Source: a virus (lineage: Duplodnaviria; Caudoviricetes). From it: 64,000 nucleotides of DNA. The translations under genes were made by a program, and so were the position numbers. Shown here in pieces: positions 16,145 through 26,447 of this stretch. The stretch spans positions 1 to 64,000 of IMG/VR virus record IMGVR_UViG_3300031555_000648. One strand, written 5' to 3'. The notes under the pieces were generated by a model. The model was not told where the DNA came from and searched no databases. It was given only the letters and a program-made list of their open reading frames with translations. The first letter of the stretch is position 1. Every line of letters starts with the position of its first letter.

Positions 16145-18319
16145 TTACATTGATTTTCTTTCTGCGATTTCTGCCATCTTAGCTGAATTGAGACGAGTAT
16201 CACCTTTCACTCTGGAATAACTCAAGTAACCATTCATTCTGTCAATCTTAGTTAAATTAGTGCTTCCACACTTAGGGCAAACGTCCATTTCTAACTCTTC
16301 ATATCCACAGTCATCACAATATGCGAGGGAAAGATTAACACCCTCATAGAACCCCATTTTCATGGCTCTTAACACAAGTGTCTTTACTGCTTCTCTGTTA
16401 TAGTTTAATGGGTATCTAACATACTGTATTTTACCACCATTTGCTAAATCCCAAAATCTCTTCTCTTTGTCTTGCTTCTCAATCGGTGACATATCCTCTG
16501 TCACATGACAGTGGAAACTGTTACTTACATAAGGTCTGTCAGAAACGTGTTCGATAGTACCAAACTCTTTTCTGAACTGCTCGATTTGGAGACCACAGAG
16601 ATTTTCAGCAGGAGTTCCATAGATAGCATACAAATGACCATCTTCTTTTTTGAACTCACTAATCTTGTTGTTTATATATTGTAACACCTCTAACGCAAAT
16701 TGTCCATCTTCTCTTATGGACTTTTTGTTATAAAGTTCTTGGAGTTCATTCAAAGCAGTGAAACCAAAAGAAGCTGTGGCACTCTTTAAGAGTGGTTTAA
16801 TCTTCTCATTAGGCTTTAAATGACCACCATAGAAACCTCCCTCACAGTACATGACAGGATTGATACTTGCTTTCATTTCACCTAAATAATCATAGGTTCG
16901 GCAATGAATTTGACGTATCATTTCAAGGTAGTAATCTAAGACCTCATAGAAGTCTCTGTTCTCTCTTCTGGCTTTTGCTAAAATCATAGGCAGGTGTAAA
17001 GACACAGCACCTATATTAAATCGTCCTACAAATACAGGAACGTCATTCTCATCAGCAGGTTCAAAACCTCCACGCTCAAAGTAAGGTGATAAGAACGCAC
17101 GACAACCCATAGGACTGATAACTTTCTTATACTTCTTGTACATACTTGCTACATAACCATCACCTGTTAAAGACAAGTAATCTGGGTACATAGTCTTACA
17201 GCTACAGTCAATTCCTGCTTCAAACACATCATGAAGAGGTTTACCCTCACCATGCAAGTCTTCATCATACAGGAACACTAATTTAGGGAATAACACAGGC
17301 TTCTTATTACCTTTCTTACCTTGACCTGCTTTATGCACTTCAAGGAATGTAAGTGAAGCCATCTTTTCAAACACTTTTGTTCCAAGTCCGAAAGTCATGG
17401 TGATAAAAGGATAATCACCTCTGGAAGACCCTACAGTGTTGAGTTTATACTCAATACCTTGGAAACCTTGCTCATAGTCTCTCTTGACTTTCTTCATAGC
17501 TTTTCGGTCAGCTAAAAGGTCAATGATAGGCTTGAACAGTCCTTTAATGAATGTAATGTGCAACTCTTGAAGAAGCTCCATAGCGTCTTCTTGATACTCC
17601 TGCACATATCTGTCATAACTCTTCTGTGCGTAAGGTGCTAATACTTTATCAACCTCTGGCACAGTGAAACCTCCATACTGCTGTGAAGCACTTGACAGAA
17701 TAATGTCACCCATAACGTCAAATGCAGTATCAAGGCTGTTAGGTTCATTATACCAGATGTTACCCATTTCAAATCCACCACTCATAATTGTGGACATATC
17801 ACATAAGCAACAATTCATAGTGTCCAATCTGGCACTCTGGTCATGAACATAGATGTAACCCTCTTTACAGGCTTGCAACTCATCTTTGGTCATAAAGAAC
17901 TTCCTGTAGAGTCTCTTATTTAATTCATTAAACACTAAACACCTCTTAGTGGCTACAAGAGCACTGTCTGTGTTACTGTTCTCTTTATCACCGATAAATC
18001 GAATACTTTGAGACGCTTCAAACACTTTGTCCATCATGTGTACAAACTCTTGCTTGTAGTTTCTGTAGTCTCTGTAACTCTTTGCAACCTTTGGGTCAAA
18101 CTCTTCAAGAGCACCCTCTACTAAATTGTGCATGGTCTGAATACTTACTTTCTCTTCTCCGATTTCAGCAAGTTTCTGTTCTACAAAAGACACCACGTTG
18201 TTCTTATCATCTTCTGTGAGTTCAACCATCATTCTCTTTGCTGACTTACTAATGGCTGTCTTAATTTTCTCTGGATTGTAAGGGTCAAGAGTTCCATCTT
18301 TCTTAACGATTATATACAT
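16145..18319 (-). CDS. nrdD: Class III anaerobic ribonucleoside-triphosphate reductase with ATP cone
   Basis: IVKKDG ATP cone, PMGCR, YGTPAENLC, YVSNSFH, CPKCGS and RMNGYL motifs. Confidence 0.97.
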   Translation of the reverse strand: MYIIVKKDGTLDPYNPEKIKTAISKSAKRMMVELTEDDKNNVVSFVEQKLAEIGEEKVSIQTMHNLVEGALEEFDPKVAKSYRDYRNYKQEFVHMMDKVFEASQSIRFIGDKENSNTDSALVATKRCLVFNELNKRLYRKFFMTKDELQACKEGYIYVHDQSARLDTMNCCLCDMSTIMSGGFEMGNIWYNEPNSLDTAFDVMGDIILSSASQQYGGFTVPEVDKVLAPYAQKSYDRYVQEYQEDAMELLQELHITFIKGLFKPIIDLLADRKAMKKVKRDYEQGFQGIEYKLNTVGSSRGDYPFITMTFGLGTKVFEKMASLTFLEVHKAGQGKKGNKKPVLFPKLVFLYDEDLHGEGKPLHDVFEAGIDCSCKTMYPDYLSLTGDGYVASMYKKYKKVISPMGCRAFLSPYFERGGFEPADENDVPVFVGRFNIGAVSLHLPMILAKARRENRDFYEVLDYYLEMIRQIHCRTYDYLGEMKASINPVMYCEGGFYGGHLKPNEKIKPLLKSATASFGFTALNELQELYNKKSIREDGQFALEVLQYINNKISEFKKEDGHLYAIYGTPAENLCGLQIEQFRKEFGTIEHVSDRPYVSNSFHCHVTEDMSPIEKQDKEKRFWDLANGGKIQYVRYPLNYNREAVKTLVLRAMKMGFYEGVNLSLAYCDDCGYEELEMDVCPKCGSTNLTKIDRMNGYLSYSRVKGDTRLNSAKMAEIAERKSM

Positions 18320-18683
18320 TCTCTACTTTCCTCCTTTGGTTTATAACTCTACACACTAGGTTCTTAGAAGATACATAACCATAATATCTACTGTCATAGC
18401 TGTGTTCTGGATTATCACCTAAACAGAAAAAGAACCGCTTTCCGTCTCTCTTCTCAATATGGTCAATCCTTTTAATCACTATTCGATTTTCTGTTGGACT
18501 TCGATAGATGATAACATCACCTTTTTTCAGCTTGGATTTGCGGTAGATTTTTGAACCAAAGATAATCTCTTCATCAAGATATGTTGGGTACATACTGTCA
18601 CCACACACTTGAATTACAGGAAATAAGTGATACACTAGCAACCCCACAATAACTAACACAATAATAATCTTCAATAACATCAT
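18303..18683 (-). CDS. Signal peptidase I (S26)
   Basis: N-terminal TM segment; GDSMYPT (Ser), IVIKRI (Lys), GDN...SYDSRYYG. Confidence 0.9.
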   Translation of the reverse strand: MMLLKIIIVLVIVGLLVYHLFPVIQVCGDSMYPTYLDEEIIFGSKIYRKSKLKKGDVIIYRSPTENRIVIKRIDHIEKRDGKRFFFCLGDNPEHSYDSRYYGYVSSKNLVCRVINQRRKVENVYNR

Positions 18684-19132
18684 TTTTTAAATACCCTCTT
18701 TCCTACGATTTTGTCTTTTTCTACAAGGCTAAAGAAGTCTTCAAGAGACAAACACACATAGTCCTTTGAAGAATTATGTTGGTGGAAGATAACCACAGGT
18801 GTTCTGTCTTCTGGACAATCTTCTTCGGCTTGAGCAATCCACTTAGGCATAGACCACTGCTTCTGATTTTTGCACTCAATATGTAAGAGTAACATTTGCT
18901 TGGTATCTACTATGGTAATGTCACCTCTAAAGTCATCTGCTTTCTCTGACTTCTTGGCAAAACCACCAGATTGAGGTGTTCTCTTAAGTTCTACTCCATA
19001 TCTGGCTTGGAACTTTTTAGCAATGTCTCTCTCATACTGACCACCTTTTCTTTTAGCGTTCTTACCCTGTCTGACAAGTTTTTCTTTTTGGTTTTTCTTC
19101 TCTTCACCTGTTGTAGTTGCTTTCAGTTTCAT
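18680..19132 (-). CDS. Hjc-like Holliday junction resolvase (PD-(D/E)xK)
   Basis: KGGQYER, RTPQSGG, GDI and IECK motifs. Confidence 0.8.
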   Translation of the reverse strand: MKLKATTTGEEKKNQKEKLVRQGKNAKRKGGQYERDIAKKFQARYGVELKRTPQSGGFAKKSEKADDFRGDITIVDTKQMLLLHIECKNQKQWSMPKWIAQAEEDCPEDRTPVVIFHQHNSSKDYVCLSLEDFFSLVEKDKIVGKRVFKK

Positions 19133-19182
19133 GATAATTACCTCCTATACTGCTATAATAATTTCCACAAGTGGTATTTCAT

Positions 19183-19246
19183 ATTATAGCCTTAAAGTTC
19201 AGATTAGTCAATTAAGAAAAGGGCAAGACTTTTTATCGTCTCGCCC
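19183..19246 (-). promoter_or_regulatory. Terminator (19221-19246) followed by promoter TTGACT-17-TATAAT (19183-19211)
   Basis: GGGCGAGAC/GTCTTGCCC stem plus T run; near-consensus promoter. Confidence 0.75.
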
Positions 19247-19265
19247 CAGATATTGTAGTTAGTGC

Positions 19266-20174
19266 TTATTCACAATACTCTCTATAGATTTTATCCCAAT
19301 CATTGGCAACAGACTCCATAACTTCTTTTTCACTAGCAACTAAATCTCTGACTCTCTTTACTTCATCAATATCCCAAAACTCTGTGACATTGTTTGTAAT
19401 AAGGTCATGGATAACTTTAGGCTCTAAAGCGTCTAACTCCCAACTCTCATCACCAAATCTCTGGATATAACTTCCACATCTGCTGTCTGTCAGCTTTGCA
19501 GGGTTTGGAGGTGGTGCAAACTCTTCAATCTGCTCCATGTTTAATGCAATTCTTCTAAAGTTGAACATGAATGTATCAACTCCAAAAAGTACAAGTCTTT
19601 CTTCAATATCACGACTCATATCAATACCACTAGGGTCATGGTCTCCTAAATGAATAAGGACAACATCTTTCCCTGCTTCTTGCTTACGTTTAAATCTTTG
19701 AGCCGCAGACCACATTTCAGACTGTGATACATAACCTCTGCAACAGAAGTATGGAACATCTAACTCATTGGCTACACGTCCTACTACATTGGCAAGTGCT
19801 TCTTTCTCTACCCACACTTCAACATAATACTCTTGGTTCTCCCAAATGTCTTTTCTGTACTGTTCGGAAGCACTCTCAATGATACTTTTAGGACTATCCC
19901 AATGTGCTAACTTATGTAAGTTTCTGGTTCTGTCTTCGATTGAATACCAATCAATAAGACCTGCTAAACGTGCGTCATTGATAAGGTTACCTGTGTTCTT
20001 ATAGCTTCTTTCGTTGTTCGGGATAATACCTCTTGCAACTAACTGATAATAACACTGACGGAGTGTAAGAGAATATCCCTGTAACTCATACTCATCAATT
20101 ACATTATTGATTTTGTCAATAAGTGCAAGACTCTCACTCCGAAAATTCTTTTCTACATAACATATTTTTGGCAT
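19266..20174 (-). CDS. Topoisomerase VI-A/Spo11-like protein (winged helix + TOPRIM; Mini-A/JetD-like)
   Basis: TLRQCYYQL (candidate catalytic Tyr), VWVEK, GDHDPSG, RIALN and WELDAL motifs. Confidence 0.8.
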   Translation of the reverse strand: MPKICYVEKNFRSESLALIDKINNVIDEYELQGYSLTLRQCYYQLVARGIIPNNERSYKNTGNLINDARLAGLIDWYSIEDRTRNLHKLAHWDSPKSIIESASEQYRKDIWENQEYYVEVWVEKEALANVVGRVANELDVPYFCCRGYVSQSEMWSAAQRFKRKQEAGKDVVLIHLGDHDPSGIDMSRDIEERLVLFGVDTFMFNFRRIALNMEQIEEFAPPPNPAKLTDSRCGSYIQRFGDESWELDALEPKVIHDLITNNVTEFWDIDEVKRVRDLVASEKEVMESVANDWDKIYREYCE

Positions 20175-20204
20175 AACTATTCCCTCCTATGGGGGATGAG
20201 ACAT

Positions 20205-20528
20205 TTAACTCACCCCATTTGCAATTTTATCTGTAATATCAATGTAAAGGTCATTAAGTCGGTCATACATCTTATGTATCTCATCTGGAACATAATCACC
20301 ATCACGTTCAATATCATGCTGTACATAATCAAGATACCATCTGGCTTTCTTAATGTCTTCTTCACCATTCTTGTTCTTGTATCTCCACAGATACTTAAAG
20401 GCATTACACAGGCAGAAGTCATACACTGCTTTAGCACCAAATGTAACTCTCATACATTCAATACACTCTAAAGAAGTGCTTCCTGCATAGTGCTGTGGAT
20501 TGTTTACATTATCGTGTGGTTTACTCAT
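20205..20528 (-). CDS. DUF3310 protein (T7 gp1.7-like putative nucleotide kinase)
   Basis: DNVNNPQHY, ECIE, NAFKYLWR.K.KNG.ED.KKA.WY motifs. Confidence 0.85.
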   Translation of the reverse strand: MSKPHDNVNNPQHYAGSTSLECIECMRVTFGAKAVYDFCLCNAFKYLWRYKNKNGEEDIKKARWYLDYVQHDIERDGDYVPDEIHKMYDRLNDLYIDITDKIANGVS

Positions 20529-20531
20529 GGC

Positions 20532-20690
20532 TTACACCTCCTTGAGATAAGTAATTATAGCACCACCATCAATCTGCACTCTAAGACTGTCTTTAGTCTC
20601 TTCAACCAATCTTGCTTTAGTGGTGTCCACTGCATACTTCTTTTCAAGAAATTCTCTTTGATTTCTAGTAAGTTTCTTAGTCTGCTTCAT
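20532..20690 (-). CDS. Small hypothetical protein, 52 aa (MKQTKKLTRNQREFL...)
   Basis: Translated by hand; start overlaps the thyX stop. Confidence 0.65.
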   Translation of the reverse strand: MKQTKKLTRNQREFLEKKYAVDTTKARLVEETKDSLRVQIDGGAIITYLKEV

Positions 20691-21727
20691 TACTGCACTC
20701 TACCTCCACTTAAAGTCTTCAATTCTTCATACCATGGTGTCATGACTTCTTTCATCTGTGGGTGTGGTGCTCCTGTTGTACCCTTACTTCTAAGGTTCAC
20801 AATATGTTGCCACTCTGTCTCATTGCAGGTCATGATGATTTCGGTCTTTAAAGAGTTAGGCAGAACACTTCTTGCTTCCTGTGCTGTACCACCATCAGCA
20901 ATAATTCTGTTGTAACTCTCTTCTGCTACTTCACAAGCGTGTCTCCATGCACCATATCTCTCACTCCAATTTTCAGTGGTCACTCTCTCACCATCTGGCA
21001 TGAAGAAGAAGGGTTCAATGACAGTGATTTCACCATCAAACTTGCCATGTGTGTAGTTGCAGTAACGTGTGGACTCCTGTGCAAAGGAAACAGGTCTGTG
21101 TCTCACAAGTTCATGAGAAACACCTCTGTCACACACAAAGAGAACAGTATGTGTCTTGTGCTTCATAAGTTCACCATTTACCCAACTTGGTACTCCCTCA
21201 CAAATATGGCAGTGCATTTCATCAATAAATTCATCTTCATCTTTATACACCTTAAAATGTTTTGTTACTCTGTAAGAAAGCTGATAAGGGGAAATCTCCG
21301 GATAAGCATTACCAATAGCTGATAACATTTCATCAACTAAAGTAGGTAAGACACTTTCATAACAGTATGCACCCTCATTCATCAATTCAAAGAAAGTTCT
21401 AAGAGGTGCAGAGATAAAAGTAGTGCCATAGTAGGTAGTCATTTTAAGATAACCTAATAACTCTCTAATTCTGATATTGTAGTCCTCAAACTCTCTAAAT
21501 GCTTTGAGTAATTCAGCATTATCTACATAACACAAAAGGTGAACCCAATGGTGTTCAATCATAGCATAATGCTGTCTCTGGCAAAGACCTTTAACAAACT
21601 TCACTGCACTGTCTTCTGTAATCTTGTCTTCGGACTTGTAGCAGGTTCTTCCAATCTTTTCTACAAACTGATAAGGTGTAAGACCTTTCTTGGAAATGTG
21701 GGTGTGACTTGGCTTAATAATCTTCAT
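20690..21727 (-). CDS. thyX: FAD-dependent thymidylate synthase
   Basis: RGVSHELVRHR..SFAQESTRY, AQEARSVLP and HPQM motifs; GGAGG RBS favours start at 21727. Confidence 0.93.
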   Translation of the reverse strand: MKIIKPSHTHISKKGLTPYQFVEKIGRTCYKSEDKITEDSAVKFVKGLCQRQHYAMIEHHWVHLLCYVDNAELLKAFREFEDYNIRIRELLGYLKMTTYYGTTFISAPLRTFFELMNEGAYCYESVLPTLVDEMLSAIGNAYPEISPYQLSYRVTKHFKVYKDEDEFIDEMHCHICEGVPSWVNGELMKHKTHTVLFVCDRGVSHELVRHRPVSFAQESTRYCNYTHGKFDGEITVIEPFFFMPDGERVTTENWSERYGAWRHACEVAEESYNRIIADGGTAQEARSVLPNSLKTEIIMTCNETEWQHIVNLRSKGTTGAPHPQMKEVMTPWYEELKTLSGGRVQ

Positions 21728-21740
21728 GGTAAGTTCCTCC

Positions 21741-22328
21741 TTAATATTCAAGATTGGAGAGTGCTTCATCAATAGCGTCTCCATACTTCTCTTCTGTAAG
21801 TTCTGACTTCTTCTCGTCAAACTCTTCTTGGTATTCCTCTTCGGACTCCCATTCTTTCTCTTCTGCGTCTGGGTCATACTCACCCATTTCAGACTCAACT
21901 TCACCCTCGGCTTCATTCTCACAGTCTTCCCATGAAATGTTATTGAGTCCATCAATAGTAGCGTCTAAAGAGTCAATTCTCTCCTGCAACATTGTACCTG
22001 TGTCACCATACTGCAAGTTCTCTGGCATATTGTCTAAAGAGTCCTGCTGTTGGTCTCTGATTTCTTCAAGTGCTGTTGCAATCTCATCTGCTGTGTTCTC
22101 ATTGAGACCGTAATCGTCTCTCCAATCTTCAACGATAGCACCAACATTCTTCACATACTCTGAACCAGAGGTCTCATAAGATTTAAGACCACACTTGGTA
22201 CATCTGATAATGGGTCTTCGTCTGTAAGGTGTTGCTTTAAGGTAAGGCATACCTACAGCAACCACTTCACCACACTTTGAACATTTCTGTTCTTTTCTTG
22301 CTTTGTTAATTCTTTCAATTCGTGCCAC
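21741..22328 (-). CDS. Hypothetical protein with N-terminal CxxC zinc finger and acidic tail
   Basis: ORF track; AAAGGAGG RBS. Confidence 0.8.
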   Translation of the reverse strand: MARIERINKARKEQKCSKCGEVVAVGMPYLKATPYRRRPIIRCTKCGLKSYETSGSEYVKNVGAIVEDWRDDYGLNENTADEIATALEEIRDQQQDSLDNMPENLQYGDTGTMLQERIDSLDATIDGLNNISWEDCENEAEGEVESEMGEYDPDAEEKEWESEEEYQEEFDEKKSELTEEKYGDAIDEALSNLEY

Positions 22329-22333
22329 AATAT

Positions 22334-22900
22334 TTACCTCCTTTGCACATTATAATCTCTACGCTCATTCTCAAAGTCACCTGTCCGTCTGCTGACTTCT
22401 CGGCTCAACATGAAAATAGCTTCCTCGATTGACTGAATGTTAAAATTCAGCAACTTAATTTTGTTCTTGTAGTCCACGTACTCTTCATAGCATGGAAGAA
22501 CATCTGGGTCTGAATTGACCTCTCTTTCTTTAGCTGTCTCGGACAACTTACTACCCAACAACTCTCTGTATCTTGACTCACTTGCAGACATATACTTCCG
22601 TCTTGCTTCTTCACAGAATAACTCGGCATATCCTACAAGTGTTCTCATGTACATCTTCTGTTGAGTAAAGGCATTGAGGTATTCACCTAAATCTCTGGCA
22701 GACACCTCTGTGATACTTTGTGGAAGAGAAAGATAGTCTTTGTCAATGTGTAAACTTCCACCATCTTCACTAGGCTTAAAGAAATCTACACCTTGGTCTT
22801 CTAACTCTTTCTGCATTGTGTCACTGTAACTACGCTTTTGATTTAACACCTCTTTTGGGTTAATCTTGCTACTTTTCTTTTCTACTTTTCGCAATCCCAC
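22334..22900 (-). CDS. Helical protein, possibly a UvsY-like recombination mediator
   Basis: Coiled-coil pattern and position in the recombination cluster; family call is weak. Confidence 0.5.
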   Translation of the reverse strand: MGLRKVEKKSSKINPKEVLNQKRSYSDTMQKELEDQGVDFFKPSEDGGSLHIDKDYLSLPQSITEVSARDLGEYLNAFTQQKMYMRTLVGYAELFCEEARRKYMSASESRYRELLGSKLSETAKEREVNSDPDVLPCYEEYVDYKNKIKLLNFNIQSIEEAIFMLSREVSRRTGDFENERRDYNVQRR

Positions 22901-22915
22901 AGTTTCACCTCCTTG

Positions 22916-23806
22916 TTACTGAATGTAACACTCATTTTTATAACTACACCATCTACAGATGTTGCAGGACTTACTTGTACCCTCTCTTGGTGGAAGTGTC
23001 TCTGTATCACAGCACTCATTTAAGTACTCATAATCTTCTAACACCTCTGTCAAGATAGGTTCAGTAGTCATATTTCGCTCTACAACAAACTCCTTTAACT
23101 CTTGGTTATTCTTATTCTCATAGAGGAAGATAACCTTAGTAATAGGCTTGTCTGTGTAGAAAAGAATGTTGTCAGCTAACATATTCAGCATGACCTCATT
23201 CTTAATCTTCTGCTCTCTGGTGTACTTTCTACCACCAACCATGTGCTGATAGTGACTCTCAAAGTAAGCATATCTCTCACTCCATGAAGCGTTAAATTCT
23301 TCTGGTGTCTTATAGTGCTCATGCAACCAAAGTCTTCTTTCTTCGGCACAATACAGGTAAACAAGACCCTGCTTCTTATGCTCGTCTTTAGCGTCTCTTA
23401 ACTGACTGTACTGATTGTCATTGATAGACTTAATCTCAAGGATTGCCACCTCTTCAATAAGGTTAATAAAACCATCAGTGTGTCCTTGGATATTGTACTC
23501 ATCATTGATAAGTGGAACTTCGTCCATGTACAGCAACTCCATGTCAAGTAAATAACCTTGGAGTCTTTCATGGGTGTATGTACCATTATCAAAAATACGC
23601 TGTGTTCTTGGGTCAATACTACCATCATTCTCGTACTGCATACGCATATAGTAATTAGCACGATTACACTTACCTGCTTGTGATGGTGCATTGACATTCA
23701 CTGCCCTGTCATTAGGTCTGTTAGCTTCTTCAAACAGGTATCTGTCTAAAGGTGCTGTAACATAACCCTCTTTCTTCATTGCTTGGAACATTTCTTTTAA
23801 TGCCAC
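22916..23806 (-). CDS. Cas4-like PD-(D/E)xK exonuclease
   Basis: PSQAGKC.R, GT..H, GHTDG, LEIKS, Q..VY and C..C.WC.Y...C motifs. Confidence 0.85.
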   Translation of the reverse strand: MALKEMFQAMKKEGYVTAPLDRYLFEEANRPNDRAVNVNAPSQAGKCNRANYYMRMQYENDGSIDPRTQRIFDNGTYTHERLQGYLLDMELLYMDEVPLINDEYNIQGHTDGFINLIEEVAILEIKSINDNQYSQLRDAKDEHKKQGLVYLYCAEERRLWLHEHYKTPEEFNASWSERYAYFESHYQHMVGGRKYTREQKIKNEVMLNMLADNILFYTDKPITKVIFLYENKNNQELKEFVVERNMTTEPILTEVLEDYEYLNECCDTETLPPREGTSKSCNICRWCSYKNECYIQ

Positions 23807-24288
23807 TGTAGTACCTCCTTGTATGCTTCTTCAAAATCTTTCTGCAACATTAAGCATATCGCATTATTCTTCTTTCCGCAAATGTATGTAACAATCATAG
23901 AGGTGTAATCACCAAACTCATCAACACCTAAGTCTTTTGCTCTGACTCTTACTGACTTTGGAACTTCTCTCACCATTATTCTGGTATCAATGTTTGGGTC
24001 AAAGTCTTTAGGTCTAAACACCACCACTCGGTCTCTGTCTTCAAGGTCAATAACCATAAGTGGTATTCTTAAATGGTCTCTGATTGCTTCTTGCTCAATC
24101 TTCTCCCACACTGTTGCTGTAAGAGAATAGTAGTCCTTTTCAGTGGTCTTGCACTCAATAAGGAAATTATCATTTCTCACATCAGCTTTCATGCCCCACA
24201 AAGCACCACTAGCAACTGTCACTTTTGCGTTGAAGTCTTTTGCTACACTTTTCTCCTGCTTCTGACTTCTTCGTTTTACTGTTTTCAT
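23797..24288 (-). CDS. Second Hjc-like PD-(D/E)xK nuclease
   Basis: SQKQEK, ASGA, KADV and IECK motifs. Confidence 0.75.
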   Translation of the reverse strand: MKTVKRRSQKQEKSVAKDFNAKVTVASGALWGMKADVRNDNFLIECKTTEKDYYSLTATVWEKIEQEAIRDHLRIPLMVIDLEDRDRVVVFRPKDFDPNIDTRIMVREVPKSVRVRAKDLGVDEFGDYTSMIVTYICGKKNNAICLMLQKDFEEAYKEVLQWH

Positions 24289-24689
24289 TGATTACCTCCA
24301 AGATACTTGTCAAATAGTGATTTCATAAACTTGTGATATTCAATGAGTTCCTCATCAGAGATTTTTCTCTCAATTATTTGTACATCATTTCTGCTACTCT
24401 CATCAATCTTGTATAGAATGTGCTGTAAGTCACTAAAGGTCTTAGCCACACTTGACTGTCTTTGTGCTTCTTCGTTTAGCACCACCAACTGTTTAGCTTC
24501 TCTCACATCAAGTTCAACACCACCACTTAAGACAAACTTAGTTCTCTTTGGTGTTATCCTCTCTATAGTCTTAGGACTAACAATAGGGTAGCGGAATATG
24601 CTTCTCCAACCAAAAGTGGGATAAGTGCAGTAACCTACTTTATCTCCTACTTTTAAGGTATCAATATCTACTCTGGTCAACTCACTCAT
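24285..24689 (-). CDS. Hypothetical protein, 134 aa
   Basis: ORF track; AGGAGG RBS. Confidence 0.75.
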   Translation of the reverse strand: MSELTRVDIDTLKVGDKVGYCTYPTFGWRSIFRYPIVSPKTIERITPKRTKFVLSGGVELDVREAKQLVVLNEEAQRQSSVAKTFSDLQHILYKIDESSRNDVQIIERKISDEELIEYHKFMKSLFDKYLGGNQ

Positions 24690-24807
24690 TTCTATCCTCC
24701 TAAATAGTCAAACTGAATACAATCATTATAGGCTTCTTCCACTTCACTCATTTCACAATAAGAGTGTCTGCTCCCATAACTACTATAAGAGTGTGGGTGG
24801 AAGTTGC

Positions 24808-25023
24808 CTAAGTAAGAATTTGTCTCTTGTCTGGCTCTTTGTCATAACCACGACTAAACATCTTACTCTTTGACTCGGATTTAGTTCTCCGTCTTTCTGC
24901 TCGGTCAACGATTTTATTGAATATCGACTTTTCTTCCTCTGTCAGATATTCAAGCACTTCTGCAACAGTTCTTACTTCATACTCACCACTTCCAAAGAAA
25001 GCGTCTTCATCATATACTCTCAA
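24808..25023 (-). CDS. Hypothetical protein, 71 aa, carrying MFSRGY
   Basis: ORF track; GGAGG RBS. Confidence 0.7.
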   Translation of the reverse strand: MRVYDEDAFFGSGEYEVRTVAEVLEYLTEEEKSIFNKIVDRAERRRTKSESKSKMFSRGYDKEPDKRQILT

Positions 25024-25289
25024 TCTAATCGTGACCTCCCATTCTTCTTAAATAACGACTGCTGTTCAGTCTTCATACTTGAACTTGGTCTCCATTTCAC
25101 ACAGTACACATTATTCTCTGTGACAACCATGTCATACTCTAATACTTCTTGGTTCTGACACACTTCTTCTTTATCACCACTTGCTTGAAAATAATAAGCA
25201 CAGTTAAAACAAGACCTTGTGTAGTAAGGGTTCTTAGCAAGTCTCTCTCGACTCTCTTTGTACCCTCTGGTAAAAATAGGTTTACTCAT
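25020..25289 (-). CDS. Small Cys-rich protein (CFNC...C...C) carrying IFTRGY
   Basis: ORF track. Confidence 0.75.
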   Translation of the reverse strand: MSKPIFTRGYKESRERLAKNPYYTRSCFNCAYYFQASGDKEEVCQNQEVLEYDMVVTENNVYCVKWRPSSSMKTEQQSLFKKNGRSRLD

Positions 25290-25298
25290 AAGCTACAC

Positions 25299-26447
25299 CT
25301 ACTTCTTTGCCATCATTTCTAACACCTGCTTCTCAAGGTCATGGATAATTTCTTCATTGTCTTTAATGTAATCAATGAGTTTATCTTTACCTTGGAACTT
25401 GTTGCTAGGGTCAGACGCTAAATAGAAGTAAGCACCACTTCTCTCAATGAGACCAAAAGACATTGCTTCAAGAATAATGGATAAGTAAATATCACAGAAC
25501 CCTTTCTTAATACCTGCACTGTTATTCTCATCAGTGTACATATCAAACTCACCATGACGACCTGCTGTAAAGGTCTTGTTCTTCTCTACTTTGAACTTCA
25601 CAACTTGACCTACAACAGTCTTGTTATCACCAGAACCCTCACTCAAACTGTCACCCTTACGGAGTCTAATACACACTGACTGTGCATAGTCTTTTGCTTT
25701 TCCTCCGGGAGCAAACTCTGGATTACCATAAGCACCAATCTTATCTTTCAACTGATTGATACCAATGATAGTGAATGGCATTTTGCCCTCTCTCTTGAGT
25801 TTGTTGTTCTTAGCTTGGAACTTTCTAAAGAACTCACCTAACAGCTTCGGTTTAACACCCATCATGATTGTATCGTCCATTTCGCTCTCATATTCTTTAA
25901 TAGGCACAAGTGCTTCAATAGAGTCAATGACTGCTAACTTGATATTGTCATCTTCCATAATGTCTAAAATCATCTGGGTAACTTCTTCAAGTCCTGTACT
26001 TGGGTTATACATGAAAAGGTCTTCATCAACATCAAGCTGATTGAAATATTCCTCTGTGTTTGTACCCTCTGCGTCACAAAATGCAACTACTTTTCCGAAC
26101 TTCTTCTGGAACTCTCTCACCATGTGAATAGTGGTGGTTGACTTAAAGGAAGAGTATGCTCCCTGCACTTCTATGTAGCGTCCTACAGGAATACCACCAC
26201 CTAGTGAAATATCAAGTGATGGAATAGAGGTGCTAAATCTCTGTACATTATACCAATCGTCTTCTGGCTTCTCTGCTTTAGGAAATCCTCTCATTAAAGC
26301 GTTCTCACCATACTTCTTTGCACAGTCATCAATAACTTTCTGCAATGTCTTTTCTCTTTGAGCGTCCATCTTCTTAGGTGTCTTTTCTTTAGCAGGTGCA
26401 GAAACCTTTGGTGTAGGCTTCTTTGTTGCTACTGTCTTTTTAACCAT
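25299..26447 (-). CDS. recA: RecA/UvsX-family recombinase
   Basis: [28 protein letters not shown] Walker A, VIDSI, INQL, PGGKA and KVEKNK motifs. Confidence 0.92.
   Translation of the reverse strand: MVKKTVATKKPTPKVSAPAKEKTPKKMDAQREKTLQKVIDDCAKKYGENALMRGFPKAEKPEDDWYNVQRFSTSIPSLDISLGGGIPVGRYIEVQGAYSSFKSTTTIHMVREFQKKFGKVVAFCDAEGTNTEEYFNQLDVDEDLFMYNPSTGLEEVTQMILDIMEDDNIKLAVIDSIEALVPIKEYESEMDDTIMMGVKPKLLGEFFRKFQAKNNKLKREGKMPFTIIGINQLKDKIGAYGNPEFAPGGKAKDYAQSVCIRLRKGDSLSEGSGDNKTVVGQVVKFKVEKNKTFTAGRHGEFDMYTDENNSAGIKKGFCDIYLSIILEAMSFGLIERSGAYFYLASDPSNKFQGKDKLIDYIKDNEEIIHDLEKQVLEMMAKK

Noticed and set aside
22916-23806. Cas4-like gene as evidence of a CRISPR system
   Set aside because: No repeat-spacer array or other cas genes are present; solo Cas4-like exonucleases are common in phage recombination modules.
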